Of a DNA stretch of 64,000 bases, positions 60,909-64,000 are shown piece after piece. The translations under genes were made by a program, and so were the position numbers. Under the pieces are notes generated by a model. That model saw only the letters and a program-made list of their open reading frames with translations. It was not told the DNA's origin and ran no database searches. The stretch spans positions 310,001 to 374,000 of the IMG/VR virus record IMGVR_UViG_3300032236_001850; one strand, 5' to 3'. The first letter of the stretch is position 1; each line of letters starts with the position of its first letter.

Positions 60909-60919
60909 TTTTTATTAGG

Positions 60920-60927
60920 GATATATA
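60920..60927 (+). promoter_or_regulatory. GATATATA motif, putative late promoter
   Basis: Intergenic, 18 nt before ATG 60946. Confidence 0.55.
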
Positions 60928-60945
60928 GAAAAACATTTTTTAGCA

Positions 60946-61494
60946 ATGATTATAAAATCTTTTTCTGAATTTAACGAATCCAATCTGGATGAATCATATT
61001 ATGATCAATATCACGAAACCCATGGTAAGACATCTTTTACCAGATGGCTTAGAAAAATAGGTGATAAAATAGGAATAGGAGATAGTGGATATACCAGTTA
61101 CTATGCAGATTCTGATCCCAATTCTGACGCTATACTTAGTGGGAGAAGAGCTATTGCAGCTACTGTAAGTGGACTCGCAAAAGGTACCGCTTCATTTATA
61201 GATTTTTTATCTCCTGGTGAAGATATAAAATCCTGGAAAGATCTTGACAAGGAAGAAATAAAAAGAAGAAAAGAGGAGATTATTAGAAAATGGGAAGCTG
61301 AGCATATAGAGAATAAACATGTTACTGACCACGATGCCGAGGAATTTTATAAATCTGGAGTTCTTAGAGGGAAAAAATATTTTGGTAACGATTTTAAGCC
61401 ACAAGATCCTAAAAGTAAGGATGAAGAGATATACAGAGATTATCTTAGAGATGTAATGAATACCTATTATAGAAAAACCAAAAAGAAAAAATAG
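60946..61494 (+). CDS. hypothetical protein with capsid-targeting-like N-terminus
   Basis: MIIKSFSEFNESNLDES. Confidence 0.65.
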   Translation: MIIKSFSEFNESNLDESYYDQYHETHGKTSFTRWLRKIGDKIGIGDSGYTSYYADSDPNSDAILSGRRAIAATVSGLAKGTASFIDFLSPGEDIKSWKDLDKEEIKRRKEEIIRKWEAEHIENKHVTDHDAEEFYKSGVLRGKKYFGNDFKPQDPKSKDEEIYRDYLRDVMNTYYRKTKKKK

Positions 61495-61505
61495 GATGAG
61501 TAACG

Positions 61506-62426
61506 ATGAATAGGATACTCAATTTTTCTGATTTTATTTTTGAAGGTGGTGCTGCTATAAAAACTTCCAGAAGAATAAGGGAGGATGAATTTCCAGAAAC
61601 ACTGAAGAGTATACAGGAAAATCTTTTTCCGCTTATTGGTATGGTTCCTAGCAGAATCAACGATCAATATGTTGTTATTGGTAGTATAGGTAAAAAACAA
61701 AATCCCGAGGATACATCTGGTGATTTAGATATTGGTTATGATGCAATATGGTATTCACAGGATAATGGCATAGAGAAAAAGGAATGTTCTAGTTTTATTT
61801 ATGAGAAAATAAAAAATGGGATTGGTGATGTGCTTGGATTTGTACCAGAGATTAATTATATGAGAGGACTTAATATAGTTAGTTTGGGATGGCCAATAAA
61901 GGGTGATGAAAATAACGGTTTGGTTCAGCTTGACCTTATTCCTTTATCTGATATGGCATGGGCTGATTTCATATATTATTCACCAAACTACAAAGTTGGT
62001 GAGAGTAAATATAAATCCGCTCATAGAAACTGGCTTTTAGCTGCTATATTATCAGCTAGGAAGGAGATTAGAGAAAGAGATCAATTTGGTGAAATATTGG
62101 ATTATGATACGCCTGTTCTTATTTTAAGTGATGGTCTATATTGGCACACTAAATCATATAGAGGTAAGATAAAAGACAGATTAAAGAATCCTAAAAAAAT
62201 AGAGGGAAGCGAGAGATTTATCACTAATGATCCTCAGGAATTTATAGATTTTGCTTTAGGTAAAGGTTATACGGAAGATGACGTTAAAACTTTTGAGAAG
62301 TTATTTAATATAGTAATTTCACCTGATTTTGAATTAAAAGATAAATTACCAGAAATAAAGGAAAGATTTTTGGAATTTTTACAAAGAGTTGGACTAGAAA
62401 TACCTACAGAGGTTAACGAAATATAA
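61506..62426 (+). CDS. Pol-beta-superfamily nucleotidyltransferase
   Basis: IGSIGKK...SGDLDIG (GS plus DxD) and third Asp in VQLDL; N-terminal MNRILNFSDFIFE. Confidence 0.7.
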   Translation: MNRILNFSDFIFEGGAAIKTSRRIREDEFPETLKSIQENLFPLIGMVPSRINDQYVVIGSIGKKQNPEDTSGDLDIGYDAIWYSQDNGIEKKECSSFIYEKIKNGIGDVLGFVPEINYMRGLNIVSLGWPIKGDENNGLVQLDLIPLSDMAWADFIYYSPNYKVGESKYKSAHRNWLLAAILSARKEIRERDQFGEILDYDTPVLILSDGLYWHTKSYRGKIKDRLKNPKKIEGSERFITNDPQEFIDFALGKGYTEDDVKTFEKLFNIVISPDFELKDKLPEIKERFLEFLQRVGLEIPTEVNEI

Positions 62427-62446
62427 TAAACATTAAAAAGCTAATT

Positions 62447-64000
62447 ATGGCAGGCATCAGTCATTTATATGATATTTATAACAAAAAGGGTAAAGATTTT
62501 ATTGATAATCTCTTTAACTCCTATGTGACAATTAATGAAAAAATGGATGGTTCTGCTTTTGTCTTTGAGAGAGATCCAGAAACGGGCAGATTCAATTTTT
62601 ACAAGAGGGATCAAAGATATCCTATAACTTTAGTTGATCGTACTTTGATGAAATACTACGAGAAGCCCATAAATTATATAGAATCTTTACCTCCACACAT
62701 TCTTAAGGAAATTCCTAGAGGATGGAGATTTGGACTTGAATATTTTTCAAACAACCAACCTGTTGAAATTGCTTATGATAGATTACCTAAGAATAATCTG
62801 ATACTCTCGTACATCCACACCAAAAACGATAATGGTAAACCTGCATCCACAATACAGGATCAGGAACAACTCGATAATTGGGCAGATTTACTTGGTGTTG
62901 AAAGACCACCGATCATATTCCAGGGTATGTTAACTGATGATCAGAAAAATCAGATACTTGATTTTTTAAGAACACCCTTTGATCAATTAGTTTCTGAATT
63001 CAAGACTAAAAGCTTTGTTAGGTACATAATTGGGGTTCTTAATCCCGAAGCTAAAACAAGCGCACTTAATAACGATCTTGATAAACCGATAGAAGGAATA
63101 GTCTTTAGATTTGGTGAGGATGATAATGGTAAAGAACCTATTTTATCCAAAATGGTAGATCCGGTTTTCACCGAGATGGCCAAAGAAAAATATAATAAAA
63201 GATCGACTGAAAGACCTAGCGATTTTCTGGGTCTAACAATAATGGATATAATGAACTTCATTTTAGAGGAGGGAGTTGAATCTTTCAATGTTGCCGGCGA
63301 TACTGATGATGAGAGATACATTTCTTTCATATCTGACGTTTTTGTTAAGTTTCTTTCGGAGTATGCCTATAAATACAGAGGAGCAGATTTTCAGGAACCT
63401 GAATATTTAAAGAAGGATGAATTCAGACTTAATCACGATATGATAAAGGATAAAAGAGTTCTTAAATATCTTGATACTGATGATTCTTACGAATCTCTAT
63501 TCAAGCTTATGCTTAATTCTTTTAGAAAAATAAGAAAAAGAGCAAGCGGAATAATAACTCCCGGTATAATAGATCAATTTAATATAGTTGTTAGTGACAT
63601 AGAAAGAGTTGTTTCTAAAGAACCTAAACCTGCTATACAAGAGTCCGAAGCTATACCATCATTCATGGATTTCAAGAAAAATAATCTGTCATCTAAGAGA
63701 ATAGATTATGTAACTAGCGAATCTGACAATTCTGAGGAAGCTGATACTGATGATCCATTTTATTCATATAACGAGTTCATATCGGCTCTAGAAACAATAG
63801 ACACCACCAAGAAAGATAAATCAAAAGAAATCAACGAGGACACTGAGGAGGATAAAAAGAAACTTCAACCTGTTAATCTATTAGTTGGCAGATTTCAACC
63901 ATTCCATAATGGACATTTAAAAATGGTGGATCAGTTATACAAGGAAAATGATCTTCCTAGCATAATTGCAGTTGTGCATCCTGGTCATAATAAATCCGGT
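62447..64000 (+). CDS. fusion of an RNA/DNA-ligase-type nucleotidyltransferase domain and an HxGH (cytidylyltransferase/NMNAT-like) domain; 3'-truncated
   Basis: Absent from the ORF track (no stop in window); translated by hand, 518 open codons. Motif I EKMDGS (62537-62554), III GLEYF, IV IEGIVFR, V KMVD; then VGRFQPFHNGH (GRFQ starts at 63887). Confidence 0.8.
   Translation, partial: MAGISHLYDIYNKKGKDFIDNLFNSYVTINEKMDGSAFVFERDPETGRFNFYKRDQRYPITLVDRTLMKYYEKPINYIESLPPHILKEIPRGWRFGLEYFSNNQPVEIAYDRLPKNNLILSYIHTKNDNGKPASTIQDQEQLDNWADLLGVERPPIIFQGMLTDDQKNQILDFLRTPFDQLVSEFKTKSFVRYIIGVLNPEAKTSALNNDLDKPIEGIVFRFGEDDNGKEPILSKMVDPVFTEMAKEKYNKRSTERPSDFLGLTIMDIMNFILEEGVESFNVAGDTDDERYISFISDVFVKFLSEYAYKYRGADFQEPEYLKKDEFRLNHDMIKDKRVLKYLDTDDSYESLFKLMLNSFRKIRKRASGIITPGIIDQFNIVVSDIERVVSKEPKPAIQESEAIPSFMDFKKNNLSSKRIDYVTSESDNSEEADTDDPFYSYNEFISALETIDTTKKDKSKEINEDTEEDKKKLQPVNLLVGRFQPFHNGHLKMVDQLYKENDLPSIIAVVHPGHNKSG

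Noticed and set aside
62983-63330. 115-aa minus-strand ORF, and the other short overlapping ORFs in the track
   Set aside because: Antisense or out-of-frame shadows of longer motif-bearing genes; here the real gene is plus-strand 62447 to beyond 64000
1-64000. tRNA, rRNA, CRISPR arrays, integrase, transposase, diversity-generating retroelement
   Set aside because: None recognised; intergenic gaps are short and no reverse transcriptase or template/variable repeat pair was seen. Inspection was by eye, so small ncRNAs could be missed

Overview
AT-rich, almost entirely plus-strand, gene-dense segment of a large T4-like (myovirus, probably jumbo) bacteriophage genome, read in the standard genetic code. 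Order of contents: small genes and a Nudix hydrolase; a baseplate hub/spike cluster (gp53-, gp27-, gp5-like); a ribosomal protein S1 homologue coupled to an amidoligase-like gene; neck gp13 and wedge gp25/gp6/gp7-like genes; about 35 kb of large virion/fibre proteins interrupted by a glycosyltransferase and an inverted phoH; two membrane coiled-coil genes; a gp3-like tail completion gene; a replication/recombination block (RuvC-like, gp32 SSB, primase, UvsY, UvsW); and a nucleotidyltransferase locus running off the end. A-rich leaders without Shine-Dalgarno sites, a signal peptide with Gln at +1 and Bacteroidota-type propeller domains suggest a Bacteroidota host (inference). The best candidate for an undescribed system is phage-encoded protein O-glycosylation: a GT-A enzyme resembling plant peptidyl-Ser/Hyp O-glycosyltransferases lies directly behind virion proteins with mucin-like poly-Thr tracts, and a G-x-T-G motif is scattered through the virion proteins. 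Other highlights: three register-matched collagen-like fibre paralogues (possible heterotrimer), one ending in a Hint autoprocessing domain; a recurring intergenic GATATATA motif (putative late promoter); and three unrelated nucleotidyltransferase folds in two adjacent genes with capsid-targeting-like motifs. All family assignments come from motif recognition by eye; no database searches were run.
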